From Balamuthia mandrillaris (taxonomy: Eukaryota): 64,000 bases of DNA. The stretch is from assembly GCA_031835245.2 (NCBI GenBank), contig JAVKOQ020000007.1:62001-126000 (forward strand), in the 5' to 3' direction. The position numbers were made by a program, and so were the translations under genes. A model generated the notes under the pieces. That model worked only from the letters and a program-made list of their open reading frames with translations. It was not told the origin of the DNA and did not search any database. Shown here one piece after another: positions 1-12,547 of the stretch; the first letter of the stretch is position 1; each line of letters opens with the position of its first letter.

Positions 1-632
1 TACAAGGCTCTTCATGATGCCAACGTCCTCCTTGAAGGAACCTTGCTGAAGCCCAACATGGTCCTGCCTGGTACGTGTCTTCTTCTTTGTTCTCATCTTT
101 TCTGTATCGTCTTTTCATTTGTTATATTTCTTGAGTGACTCATTTCTGTTTTCCTCAACATTATAGGAAGAGACAGAGAGCAACTTCCCCCCGAACAGGT
201 GGCCCATGCTACCCTCACCGTTCTCTTGCGCACCGTTCCTGCCGCTGTTCCTGGCATCAATGTATTCCTCCCCCTTCTCTGCTTTTTCTTTTTTCAAAAC
301 ATTAACGTCTCTCTCTCTCTCCCTTTGCTCACTTCAAAAAAACATAGTTCTTGTCTGGAGGACAAAGCGAAGAGGAAGCCAGTCTCAACCTGAACGCAAT
401 GAACGCCCTACCAATGGCCCGACCCTGGAACGTGAGCTTCAGCTACGGCCGAGCCCTTCAGGCCAGCGCCCTCAAGGCATGGGGCGGCAAGAAGGAGAAC
501 GAGAAGGCCGGCCAGGAGGCCTTCTTGGAGAGGGCAAAGGCCAACTCGGAGGCCACTCTCGGCAAATACAAGGGCGGCGCGGGTGGCTCCTCTGCCGCCG
601 AGTCTCTGTTTGTCTCCAACTATCGCTACTAA
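1..632 (+). CDS. FBA: Fructose-bisphosphate aldolase class I, 3' part (three exons visible; gene starts upstream of the window)
   Basis: Spliced translation gives [40 protein letters not shown] and a C-terminal Tyr (SNYRY*), all class I aldolase hallmarks. GT..AG introns at ~71-165 and ~262-347. Confidence 0.97.
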
Positions 633-741
633 ATATCTGCAATAATCGAAATTATTTGATAAAGAACAAATATCTACTATTTTTGGATTTTTTGATAAAT
701 AAGCGGATAGTTACAATTATTTGAAAACAGTTAACGATAAT

Positions 742-2105
742 TTAACAAAAGGTGATACAGGTGTCCCTCTCGTAGAGAGTGGCGGTGAAGTACAGTGGCG
801 GGGTGTGGGCTTCTAGCACGCGGTCCCACTGGTAGACGGGCTCCTCGTTCAGGAAGATGGATACGGACAGGGAAGAGTCCTGGTGGTACTGCACCCAGAA
901 GGAGAGGATGTCGCCGTCGTCGTAGTTCCGCCAGCCGTGCTCTGGCTCTCCTCTTCTGATCACTCCGTTGGAAGTGTAACCATAGTTGAACAGCCGTTTG
1001 TCGAACCCCACAAACTTTTCTTGGTACTATTGTTGTTTGAAATTTGTTGTTAAGAAGAGAAGCAAAGAGGTAGAGAAGAAAGAAGGAAGACAAGGAACAA
1101 AGCAGAAAGATTTAATTATAGAACTAACCGGCCACATGCTGTCCGTAATACCAAACCCAATGTTTGTTCGTGTTTTGCAGAGAACTTTGACCCTGAAGTA
1201 GTGGAAAGGAGCTTGAGCGGGGTTGATACCTTCCTCGGTTTGCAACGATACGTTGCTTTGGGGATACCTCTTAGAGTCGACGGTCGCTTTTCTGCCATCG
1301 GCCGATACATTAACGGTGTCCGCCTTTCTTGTTCGAGACCACTGAACAAGAAGAGGCAGAAGAGAGAGAGAGAGAGTGAGAGAGTTAGAGAGAGCAGCAG
1401 GCAAGTTCAGAGAGAAAATATTTGTAGAAGAAGACAAGGATGCGACAATGAATAGAAAAAGCAAAAGCACGTACATGATGACGTTGATAAAGGCGAATGA
1501 AGATGAGCCTCCACTCCGTTTTGGTCTCCTCACGACATTTGAGCAAAAGGCTCTGCAAAGCAGGCCATCCGGTCAGGCATTTGCTCTTCCACAACCTTTT
1601 ATTTATTGTTTAAAAAAAGTGTTTAACCCGGAAAGAAAGAAAGAAAACGGCAAGAAACCGAGAGGCGTACGTACGATTCATCCTCCGCGATCCGTCTCCA
1701 TTCCTGACTGACGAGCCGCAGCTTGGCGAGGCTGCGTGCCTCCAAGAAAGAGAATATGCAAAGCACTACCTCGTCTCCCACCCCACTCACAAAATCAAAT
1801 CTCTCCGAAACGGTCAAGTTCGACAGTTCATGTTCGCACAACGACGCAGAAGGAAGAAGCGCCTTTCCGTCCTCTTCTTCCTCGGCTTGATTGCTCGCTC
1901 TTAAAGAGGGTCTGCTCCTCTCCTTCTCCTGCTTTTGCTTCTCTTTCCTCTGCGTCTTCTTATGCATGTCGATGGGAGGTGGCGGTCGAGACGACGCAAC
2001 CAGCCCGCCACCCGTGGACCCATCCTCGGTTGCTGCTGCTGCCGCCGCCCCTACCCCTGAGGACGCTGCATCCCCAGAACGTCCAAAGAGAGAGAAGCAC
2101 TCCAT
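742..2105 (-). CDS. F-box protein with C-terminal SPRY/B30.2-like beta domain (multi-exon)
   Basis: F-box motif VGDEVVLCIFSFLEARSLAKLRLVSQEWRRIAED. Later exons (HYFRVKV..IGFGIT, YGYTSNG, DGDILSFWV, LYFTATL) fit a SPRY-like pattern. Start ATG at 2105 is inferred. Confidence 0.7.
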
Positions 2106-2409
2106 CCGCTCCAATCGGTTAGGCCTTTTGTTCTTCTTTATTTTATCAGAAACGGTGGAGCATTTGTGCTGCATTGCTGCTTGCCCTTTTGGTGTCGACA
2201 GTAATATGTCGACAGTGGAGAGGTTGCACGGGTTGTGCTGCAATGCTGTTGAAATCTGGAACGTCGACATTAAAATATCTTTCATTTTTTGAATGCATGG
2301 CATACCGGAAGGTTCCTTAATGTATTAATGAATTACATCGATGTTTTTGGTAAATTATCGGATAATTGTTTGATATGCATTATAAAAAATCGATCTTTTT
2401 GCAACTGTA

Positions 2410-3963
2410 ATGCAGAACCGTTTTTCTGACGGTAAAGAAAAACGAGAAATGGAAGAAGAAGAAGAAAGAAAGAGTGCCGTTGGGACATCGGACACTAACA
2501 CTACCGCCACCAGCAATAGCAGCAACCACAAGCCTCATAGCTCCGAACGCCGTCGCTGCCAGCTGGAAATGATCGGCGGAAGAGGAGGGGGTTCCGGAGT
2601 GCATAATCCCAACCAACGAAACTCGCGTGTGGTCGTTGTTACTTCATCGTCTTCTGCTTCCGCTTTTTCTTCTTCTTCTGCTTCGTCTGCTTTGCCGGTC
2701 GATAGACGTTCAGCCACAACCACAGCAACAAACGATACATTGTTTCAGCCTCAAAGAGACGTTTCTCCGTTTCCTTCTCGCAAAACGCTCCCTTCTCCGG
2801 TCACCTCGTTTAGGAGGGTGTCTCCCTCAGCACAACAAAAGAAAGAAGAAGAGGGAGAGGAGGAAGAGGAGGATGATCGCATGCGGTTTTTCGAGTTCTC
2901 TTCCAGTGACTCTGCTTCTTGCTCTCCACGGCCGACTCTCACTAAAGATCCCAGTGCTTTGGTTGGACTTTTTTTCTTGTTTTCTTCGTCTTCTATTATT
3001 TTTTCTTTCTTATTTTTCTTTTTCTTTTTATTTTTATTTTTCTTTTTATTTTTCTTTTTCTCTTTTTTTTCTTTTTGCTATATTACACTTCGTTAACGAC
3101 AAGAAAAAAAAAATACAGTCCGTTGGATACTTCTCTTTCGACAATAGCGTGACGAAGAAAGGATGGCTGCAACAAAAAGGCGGGTTGGTCAACTCGTTGA
3201 AGAAGCGATGGTTCGTGCTTCAGCATAATCGACTCTATTACTATCGTCATCCTCAGGTATTCCTTCTATTTCTTCAATCTGCTTTCTTCTTCCGCTCTAA
3301 CTCTTTCTCCTCTTTCTATGTTTGCTTCTTTCTTCTTTGTTTAAAATAAAAAAGGATGATACGCCATTAGGTTTTATCCCTCTCGCTCGTTGTTGCTTTC
3401 GTCTGAGCAGCGTTCAAAGAAAGAACACAGCGAAACGAAGGAGGTATTGTTTAGAGCTGTATGACCCTTTGCGAGTTTTTTCAAAGCGTCATCCATCCTT
3501 CAACATTTTTGCCGATTCTCAAGAGGAGCTCGAAGAATGGATTCAAGCTTTAAATCTGGAAGTTAGTACCTCTCCTCAACTTGTTGTTCTTCTGCACCTT
3601 CTCCTTCTCCTTCTTGTTCTTCTTCTTCTTGTTCTTCTTGTTCTTGTTCTTGTTCTTCTTCTTCTTCTTCTTCTTCTTCTTCTTCTTCTTCTTCTTGTTC
3701 TTCTTCTTCTTCTTCTTCTTCTTCTTCTTCTGTTCTTCTTGTTCTTCTTGTTCTTCTTGTTCTTCTTGTTCTTCTTGTTCTTCTTCTTCTTCTTCTTGTT
3801 CTTCTTCTTCTTCTTCTTCTTCTTCTTCTTCTTCTTCTTGTTCTTCTTCTTCTTCTTCTTCTTCTTCTTCTTTCTTCTTCTTGTTCTTCTTGTTCTTCTT
3901 GTTCTTCTTGTTCTTCTTGTTCTTCTTGTTCTTCTTCTTCTTCTTGTTCTTCTTCTTCTTCTT

Positions 3964-3994
<31 letters not shown>

Positions 3995-4246
3995 TTTTGC
4001 GTTTGTATAAAGGATTTAGCAGGATTGTGGGGTTCTTCCTCAGCATTGTTGAGCCCTTCGCCGATAGTAAAAGAAGGATGGCTTACTAAACGTGGAGGAC
4101 GTGTCAAGGTTTTCTTATCTTCATTCTTTTTGGTTGCGATTCTTCTGCCTAACGAACGCGTTTAACCACCAGTCATGGCGGCGGAGATGGTTTGTTTTGC
4201 GAGACAGCATGCTTCATTATTACAGAGACGAAAAGGTTTCTCTTCA

Positions 4247-4279
<33 letters not shown>

Positions 4280-4561
4280 TTCACTCTTCAGTTTATTGTT
4301 TAGACTCCTTTCTCACCAATATTCAAAGAAACTGGAGGCATTGGGCTTTATTCCGGTGGACCAATGTTTCATTCGGGTGCTTTCCACTGCTGAAGACTTT
4401 CAGAAAAACAGAATACGTAACTAGCCGACCACCCAAGGTTCTCCCTGTGTTTAATTCTTTCTTTATTCACTCCTTTTTGTTGGCGGTATAGGCCTTCCGG
4501 AAAAGAAGAGGCAATTCATTTTTGAAATCACTGGTTCTTTCTCTTCTCTCCTCTTTTGTTC

Positions 4562-4599
<38 letters not shown>

Positions 4600-6681
4600 C
4601 CAACCAATTTTAACGATTTGAAAAACAGATATTTGTCGCTCCTTCAGTCGTCGCCACAAAAGCTTCTTCCTAAAAGCAGATTCAGAGCCTATAATGGATG
4701 CGTGGATAAGCCAACTATGTTGTGCTCGTTTCAAAACTAACTTTTCCCAAAACGACAGCCTTTCATCTTCACCTTCATCGTCATCCCCGCATCATCCACC
4801 CTCTAAGGACAGGATTAACCGCAAAAGATTCAGCAGAAGAAGAAGAGCTGGAAGCATCGGCCTCAAACTTGCGGAAGATGAGTTCATCATTCAAATTAAC
4901 TCGGGAGATCCTGATGCAGTGGCTTCACGTTATGGAATGGAAAACTTGGGCCTCGTTCCTGAGATATCTCCGTTCTCGTTTCGTTTTCGACGCACTTTGC
5001 AACCGTCATCTTCGCAGCCGGTAAATTACTTCTTCTCCGCTTTAGCGGCTGATTCGAGTATTTTTTGTTCTTTTTCTTCTGCTTCTTCCTCGCCCCTTCG
5101 TTCGAATTCTTCTTCGTCTTCTTCGTCGTTCTCTCATGCAATCCATAACAATCGAGTGCATAGAAAAGATGAGAAGGAGGAGAAGGAAGCGAATGAACAC
5201 GAAGAGGAGATCGATTTTGTGAGGAGAGTAGAATGGAACGATGATGAAGGCGAAGAAGAAAGCGATACAGAACCAGAAATGAGAGAGGAGAATATAAACG
5301 GAGTTTTAGATATAGACACAATGCCAGGAAGGCAGAAGGATGAAAACAAAGTTAAGGAAGAAGAAGAAGAAGAAGAAGAAGAATGGGAATGGAAATGGGA
5401 TTGGCAACGCAGTGAAGAGGAACCCGAAGACAGGAAGGAGGAAGAGGAACAAGAAAATCTGGTGCAATGCATTCTTTGGATCATAGAGTCTTTGGACGAT
5501 TTTGGAGTGCATCATTCCGCTATATTTGATGTCATTACAAACACCGATCCATTATTCCAACCTTGGCGGAGTCTGGTGGAAGGCATACAAGGTAACTCAC
5601 CATTAATCCTTCTTGTTTGCTTGTTCTTCTTGTTGTTTTCTCGTTATTGCACAAGATACTTACATTTTATGTTTATTCATTAATGGAAGAACGCAAGTGG
5701 CATCTCAAACGGCTGAAATGGTTCTTCGCTGACAAAGAAAGCTTTTTCCACCTATCCTCTCATCGTCACAACAGAACAACCACAAGTAACAATGCATTCT
5801 CCCCTCCATGCTCTCCTCCACCGTTTTCTCCTCCTTCTTTCTCTCCGCTTTCTTCGCGCTCTGCGGCAGATAAAAGTTTTGCTTACGTTATGGCCGAAAG
5901 AAGGGCTCGTTTGCTTACCAATCTTCTCTTTCATGCCCTTCGACATTTGAACATTCCTCTTCTCCTTTTGTCTTCTTCATCTTCGCAGCTGCAACACACG
6001 ATGTCCACTCGATCTTTGCAAGAGATCATCCATCACTCGCTTTCTCCTCTTCATCAAAACTTGTTGCAGAGCTTGCTCACTTTGATCAACCACATCGCCA
6101 TCTCTCGTCACCTTCCGCTGCAACAAGTTATTGTTGCATTTGTTCCATTCTTTTCTGCTCCTTCATTTGCTTCATCCTCATCATCGAATGGTTGGAGGAC
6201 GCAACGAAAGAGAAGCACCAACAAAAGACCCAAGTCATATTCACAAAACGGATGTTTCATCTCCACGCAAAGGAACAGCATTGGCACTTCTTCATTGGAA
6301 AGCAATAATGACAACCACCTTCCTCCGACTGTTCTTCTCTCAACGGCTTCGCAATGGCAATCAGCAAGAAGAAGCTCGTCATCTGCTTCCTCCACTTCTT
6401 CTTCCTTCTCTTCTTCCACTTCTCTTTCCCCTTCTCCTTCGTTTTCTCCTTCTCCGTCTCCCTCTTCTTGGTCGAAAGCGGAAATGAAATATCGGTACCA
6501 ACGAAAGCAAAACGAGGAAGCGGAGGAAGAAACGGAACGTTCATTGCTGGGTGAGAGCGATTACGAATGGATGAAAGAACTGAAGGACAGCGCAGTGGCA
6601 AACACCGCCAAACTGATCGAACGGTTGATAGAGGAGTATGACCTTCTCTTCCTCGTTGAAGCCTCATTTTTGAAAGAATAA
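2410..6681 (+). CDS. Tandem PH-domain protein with C-terminal degenerate RhoGAP-like domain (multi-exon)
   Basis: Two PH domains (KKGWLQQKGG..KKRWFVL..LYYY and KEGWLTKRGG..WRRRWFVL..LHYY, each ending in a W-I helix). C-terminal segments match RhoGAP consensus spacing (LFHALRHLNIPLL, LSPLHQNLLQSLL, LIERLIEEYDLLF). Confidence 0.75.
3599..3992. repeat. ~390 bp (CTT)n/(CTTGTT)n microsatellite within an intron of the PH gene
   Basis: Directly visible tract. It explains the poly-L/F/K/R/S ORFs in the ORF track. Confidence 0.95.
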
Positions 6682-6728
6682 AACAAACAAAGACTTTTGT
6701 TGGTTACACAACACTACTGCCACGATCA

Positions 6729-8201
6729 TTACAAAGGGAAGAATGCCGCCCAGGATGAGAAGGAGGCTGTTCTTGCTGCTTCGCTTGTATCTTTGTGCAT
6801 CAAACCATTCCATTGTAAGCACAAAACCACAAAGAGCAAGAAGAAAAAGAAGAAGAATATGAAAAAGGAACGAAGAAGAGAGAAAAAGCAAAGAAAACCA
6901 GGAAGAGCAGAAGAAGACCAAGGACGAAATGAGAAAGCAAAAGGAAAAAGGCAGAGGGAGGGAGTGGTTGGAACCTGTGGAACTGCTTGCACTGGCTGAG
7001 CTGGCATTGCTCTCGCTGCTCTGGTCTGAGGTGATGAGGGTGAAGTTGAAGGTGGTGGTGCATTGGGCCAAGGTGCCAAGAGCATCCTCCACCTGCACTG
7101 TGATGTTGTGCAGACCAACAGCCAGGAGGGTGCCCGCTGCTGGGCTTTGGGTGATGTTGATGGGACCATGACAAGTGCCCACCACATGGAGGGAGGAGGC
7201 GGTGCTGAAATCCGGCACTGCCGTTTCCCTCTCCTCTCTCTCATCGCTCATGCCCTCGCTGCATGTGATGATGGTGAGGGGTTGAGGGGCAAACGACCCA
7301 CACCCTGTTGTGTGTTCGTTGTTCAAGTGATAAGTCAAACTTGGGCTGGAAGATCGGCCGCAGCACACGTACCACTCATGGAGTAAAACAAAGCATTGGC
7401 CATCAGCTCCGCGCCTTGCGTGTTCCTCATCCAACCGCCGTAGGCCCGTCCTTCTGTATCCTCTTGTGTCTTGTAAGAAACAGGATGGAAGTTGAGGTCC
7501 ACGCGGTTGGTCTTGTTGGGGCCGACTTCGTCACGAACAGCCATCAGCACCACCCCATCGTCATATCCAGCCACCACATAGGACCCTCCCGCCATCTTGC
7601 TCTCCACTTGACTGGGCAAAATGTTCGTGCGAAGAGCAGCGCCACCGGTTCTAAAGGAAGTGATGTTGTGCATGGTGGGGTGCTCCGGCAAGAACACCTC
7701 CCCAAGTTTCGTATTTCCGAAACCTCCGCTGGTAGTAACGGGAACGTTGGTGCCGGCCGCCTGAGGTAGGATGACGGAGGACTGTGCGGGGAAGGCTCCT
7801 TTGAGGCCGTTGGCTCCGCTGAAACCAGCCACAGCCAGCACCACGCCCCCTCCTTGCTCCACGAACCCTTGTAACAAGTCTCCTAGCACCTCCGGCTCTG
7901 GGAAGGGTGCCATGTCCATGTAGGTGAGGGCCTCGTGCTCAAGCTCAAAACCAGCAATGCCGGACCAAAGAAGCAGGGCGTCGAAGTTTCGCACAAGCTC
8001 CTCCAAAGAGGGAAGAGAGCTCTCGTTCAAGAAGGTCACGCTCTCGAACCGCCCTGTTTCAGACAGCCTCAGCGACACGTCCAATCTGTACAGCTCGTTG
8101 ACCTCGGTGGTAATCAGGCCAATCTTTTGCCCTTGGCTGGTCTTGCAACCGCAGAGAGCGAGGGCAACCATCACAACAAGCAACACGGGAACCACTCTCA
8201 T
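6729..8201 (-). CDS. Receptor-array copy A: signal peptide + GATase1/ThuA-like ectodomain + HYR/Ig-like domain, no kinase
   Basis: Signal peptide MRVVPVLLVVMVALALCG. Ectodomain and HYR-like exons are paralogous to copies B, D and E. The gene ends against the convergent PH gene with no kinase exons. The stop is at 6729 if the last intron is spliced and at 6664 if it is read through. Confidence 0.75.
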
Positions 8202-8386
8202 CTTCTTGCCGAAAACTTTTTGTAGGCAGGAGTGAAGACTGAACAGACAAGAAGGAAGAAGGAAGGCAACAGACTACAAAATTGCTCATTAATTATATAC
8301 ATAACAAGTAGCCTCCGTCGCCGCAAACAAGCGTTAGTCAGAAGGTATAACCGTCACTACATGAGGATCAGGTATACCATAGCACC

Positions 8387-8655
8387 GCGACGATGTCATC
8401 CATGGTGGGGCGGTCCTTGGGGTCGTACTGCCAGCATGCCTTCATGATGCCTTGCAGCTCCTCTGGAATCTCTCAGAAGCCACTAACAAAAACAAAAACA
8501 AACAAGGATACACAATATAACTAGGAGGACGTGGTCTGATGAACGACAGCGAGAGCGGCTTGCACCAGGGAGAGGTGAGGAAATACGCCTCCTCTCCAAA
8601 GTTGACTGTTCATCTGTCTCCGTGTCTGCCGTGAGGCAGAATAATCCAAGTCTTT
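8387..8655 (-). pseudogene. Decayed relic of the 3' kinase exons of the receptor family
   Basis: Matches the [15 protein letters not shown] exon, the [13 protein letters not shown] exon and a degraded DFGL-exon remnant, with internal deletions and no upstream exons. Confidence 0.8.
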
Positions 8656-8819
8656 GACTACGCCAATGATGAAGGAAGTAACAAAGAAATAAGAACGGAA
8701 GAATGAAGACAAGAGAAGACGAGTTGCGCTTTGACCGCTCTGTTTTCGAGTGTGTAGGATTACCATCGTTGCAATGTAAGTAATCGTTAATGAGCTTTTA
8801 TCCATCTACAAGTACAGGG

Positions 8820-10595
8820 TCAGGAGGAGGAGGAGGAAGAGGACAAGATGGCAACGATGTCATCCATGGTGGGACGGTCCTTGGGGTCATACTGCCAGCA
8901 TGCCTTCATCACTTTTTGCAACACCTCTGGAATGTCCTCCGGGATGTCCAGCGTTACCTCTGCGAAAAGAAAGGAGAACGCACATTTAACATAATGATGA
9001 GGAACCATAACAAAATAAAAGACAAGTACTCTGATCAACGACGGCGAGCGCAGCTTGCACAAGGGAGAGGTGAGGATATGGCTCCTCCCCAAAGTTGACG
9101 ATCTCCCACAAGACCACCCCATAGCTCCACACATCCGACTTTTGGGAGTACATCTGTTGGGAGATGCTCTCCGGCGCCATCCTGCATCAACAAATGACCA
9201 GGAATTCAAGTGTTCATCAGCCAATCAACCAACCAACGGGTTGGACAAAACGGTGACGATGGAGATCAGTACCACTTCAAAGGACCAACTTCAGACTTGG
9301 TCGTTTGTTCTTCTGTTGAGTCTGTGTCTCTTTTCAGCCGCGACAACCCAAAGTCTTACCGTTGTGGATTATATCAGCATCTCATCAGAAAGAACGAATG
9401 AAGAAGAGGAAGAGATAAAAGGAGGTGAGCAAAGTACCACTGATTTTGATGGTGAACTCTTCAGTGAGCAACAAGTTGCGAGCAGCCAAGTCTCGATGAA
9501 TGATCCCCTCCGAATGGAGATGGCACATGCCCACTGCGATCTCTCTCGCCATTTGAATCATCCTCCTGTAATCCACCATGGCCTCCCCTTCCTCGGACAT
9601 GAGGAAGTGTCTCAAGTCTCCTTTGGCCATGAACTCAGTGACCACGTAGTGATTGTGCAAGTCGTCTTCGCACACTCCCAACAAAAGCAGCACGTTTCCG
9701 TGAGGACGCAGGTTTCTGGTTGTTGTTTTCCCAAAGTGAGCAAGACAAGAGAATCCAGAGACAAAGAAGGGGAGATAAAGCAAGAAATAGCTAAGGCCAA
9801 CTTGACGAGGAAAACGAGAGAGCGAGAGCGAGGGAGAGAGAGCGAGAGCGAGGGAGAGAGAGAGAGAGAGAGAGAGAGAAGGACAAGAAGAAGAGGAAGG
9901 AGAGAAGGCAAGGTACTGCATGATTTCCATTTCACTTTTCAATTGTTCCAGCTCATTGTTGTGCTTCGCTAGAATCTGTATTCGTGTCAGCATTGGAGGC
10001 ACTCACCACCACACAGAATCAACAGAAAAGAAAAGAGGAAGAATGGAGGGAGGGATGAGAACAAACTTGTTTGATGGCCACGGCCGTTCCTCGCCACTTT
10101 CCTTTCATCACCACTCCGAACCCTCTGTGAACAAACAAATAAAAAAGCAAAACAAACAAAGCATTGACATGACGACGAGCAGCAACAATATGAGAAACAG
10201 AAAAACAAAAAAACAAAAAAGCAAAAGGATTGTACCCCCGTCCGATCTCTTCACCGAGAGTTAACTCAGAGAACTGAATGTTCCAATTGAAGCCCAATCC
10301 TCTGTCTGCGTGCTCTGTTGAACCTTCCTTCCCAGGCAACCTGCCACGTTGGGTGGGATTGCGTTGGTACATGCTCTCTCCTCCTTCCTCCAAGTCTTTC
10401 TGCATTCTTCTCCGTTTCCCCAGGGTCCTTCGTCTCAACACCACTGCCACCACGATGGCCGCCACCAAGATCAACAACAAGGGCAGACCCAGACCCAGGC
10501 CCAAGGCCAGAGGAAGTTCGCTCCCATTGTCTGCCCTCTTCTCTTCACTTGTGACTGTCACAGCAAAGGTCAGCATAACAGGCCAATGAAAAGAA

Positions 10596-10643
<48 letters not shown>

Positions 10644-11887
10644 CAAAACAAGAATGTTACCCGTATCGCTGCTATCATCATCACTGGAGCTCCCATCATT
10701 GACACTGCTTGTGCTGGCAGGATCCGCGGGGATGAAGGTGAAGGTGGTGGTGCATTGGAGCAAGGTGCCAAGGGCATCCTCCACCTGCACTGTGATGTTG
10801 TGCAGACCAACAGCCAGGAGGGTGCCCGCTGCTGGGCTTTGGGTGATGTTGATGGGACCATGGCAAGTGCCCACCACACGGAGGGAGGAGGCGGTGCTGA
10901 AATCCGGCACTGCCATCTCCCTCTCCTCTCCCTCCACGCTCATGCCCTCGCTGCATGTGATGATGGTGAGGGGTTGAGGGGCAAACGACCCACACCCTGT
11001 TTTTGTTTGTTGAGGACACATTGTCAGGCACGTGGAAGATGTAAGAGTGAAAGGAAAGGCGCCGTACCACTCATGGAGTAATACAGAGCATTGGCCATCA
11101 ACTCTCTTCCATCTGTGTTCCTCACCCAACCTGCTGCTATGCGGCCTGGTGCATCATAATCAATAATTGTTTGTTGAGAGACAGGATGGAAGTTGAGGTC
11201 CACGCGGTTGGTCTTGTTGGGGCCGACCTCATCACGAACAGCCACCAGCAGAACCCCATCGTCAAAGGCAGCCACCGCGTAGGACCCTTCCGCCATCTTC
11301 TTCACTTGACTGGGCAACATGTTCGCGCGAATGGCAATTCCTCTGGTCTTAAAGGAAGTGACGTTGTGCATGGTGGGGTGCTCCGGCAGGTACACCCTTC
11401 CAAGGTTCTTGTGACCGGTTTCTCCGCTCTCGGTGGCGGTGAGTTTGTGGTCAGCCTGGGGCAAGATGACGGAGGACTGTGCGGGGAAGGCTCCTTTGAG
11501 GCCATGCTCTCCGCTGAAACCAGCCACAGCCAGCACCACGCCCCCTCCTTGCTCCACGAACCCTTGTAACAAGTCTCCCAACTGCTCCGGCTCTGGGAAG
11601 GGCTGCATATCGGTGCTGAGGATTGTGGGCTCGGAGGCCATGCCAGACCACACTAAGAGGGCATCAAAGTTTCGAACCAGTTCTTCCAGCGTGGGGAGAG
11701 AGCTTTCGTTCAAGAAGGTAACGCTCTCGAACCGGCCCGTTTCGTTCAAACGTAATGGTACGTCCGCTCTATAGCGCGGGTTCACTTCTGTGGTCAGCAG
11801 CCCAATCCTTTGACCCTTGCAGAGGTGCTGAACAAGAAACAGGGCCGCCACCATCACCACAAGAGCACGCGCAGGACCAGCCCCCAT
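8820..11887 (-). CDS. Receptor-array copy B: single-pass receptor tyrosine-kinase-like protein (apparently intact, multi-exon)
   Basis: Signal peptide, ectodomain, HYR-like domain and TM ([30 protein letters not shown]). Kinase motifs [44 protein letters not shown]. Confidence 0.88.
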
Positions 11888-12547
11888 TTCCTTCTTTCTT
11901 TCTACCTCGGACCCGTCTAAAGCGAACAAAGTCACCAGAAACGCCAGAGAGCTCAGCGGGGCAGGTGTTCTATTAACGTTTTGTCGGCTCATTCATTTTT
12001 GAGTCCTCCTTTTCTCCATAAGCCCCATTAAACGTTCTATATTGAAACAACAATTAACCACCCGATTGGGTGGGAATGAGTGTAAAAGGTATGCGTTTAA
12101 TAAGCGCTTTCGGAATGTTCGTTCAAATGAGGTGGTCGACTCTTCTTTTGGTAGTGGAGGAGCTGCAACGATATACTCCTTTAATATGCGCTTGGAGGAA
12201 TGTTCGTTCAGATGGCAGGTGGTCAACTCTTCTTTTTGGTCGCAGTTTACTGGTTTGCGTTCGAGAGCTGCGTCCTTTCCTTCTTGTTTGTACGTCTCCT
12301 GTGCTATCGCTACAGTTTCTTCCTTTATCTTGCTTCTTCTCCTCGTTGTTTGCACTTTGAGAAATAGAGAGACTGTGTGTGGTGTGCGAACAAAGAGAGA
12401 GAGATAACGGAAAACAAACCATACAGCAATAGTAATCACTTTAATCACCAGCTTCAGCTACTAGCAATGCCACAACGAGCAGCAGGAGGCCAGCACATCT
12501 TTTTATAAACTACACAGGTCTTTCCTTGAACAAATCAAAGTACAGGG

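Noticed and set aside
3322..4165. Long poly-Leu/Phe/Lys/Arg/Ser ORFs in several frames
   Set aside because: Artefacts of the stop-free (CTT)n intronic microsatellite. The same applies near 34850-35100, 45120-45300, 50300-50420 and 59740-60000.
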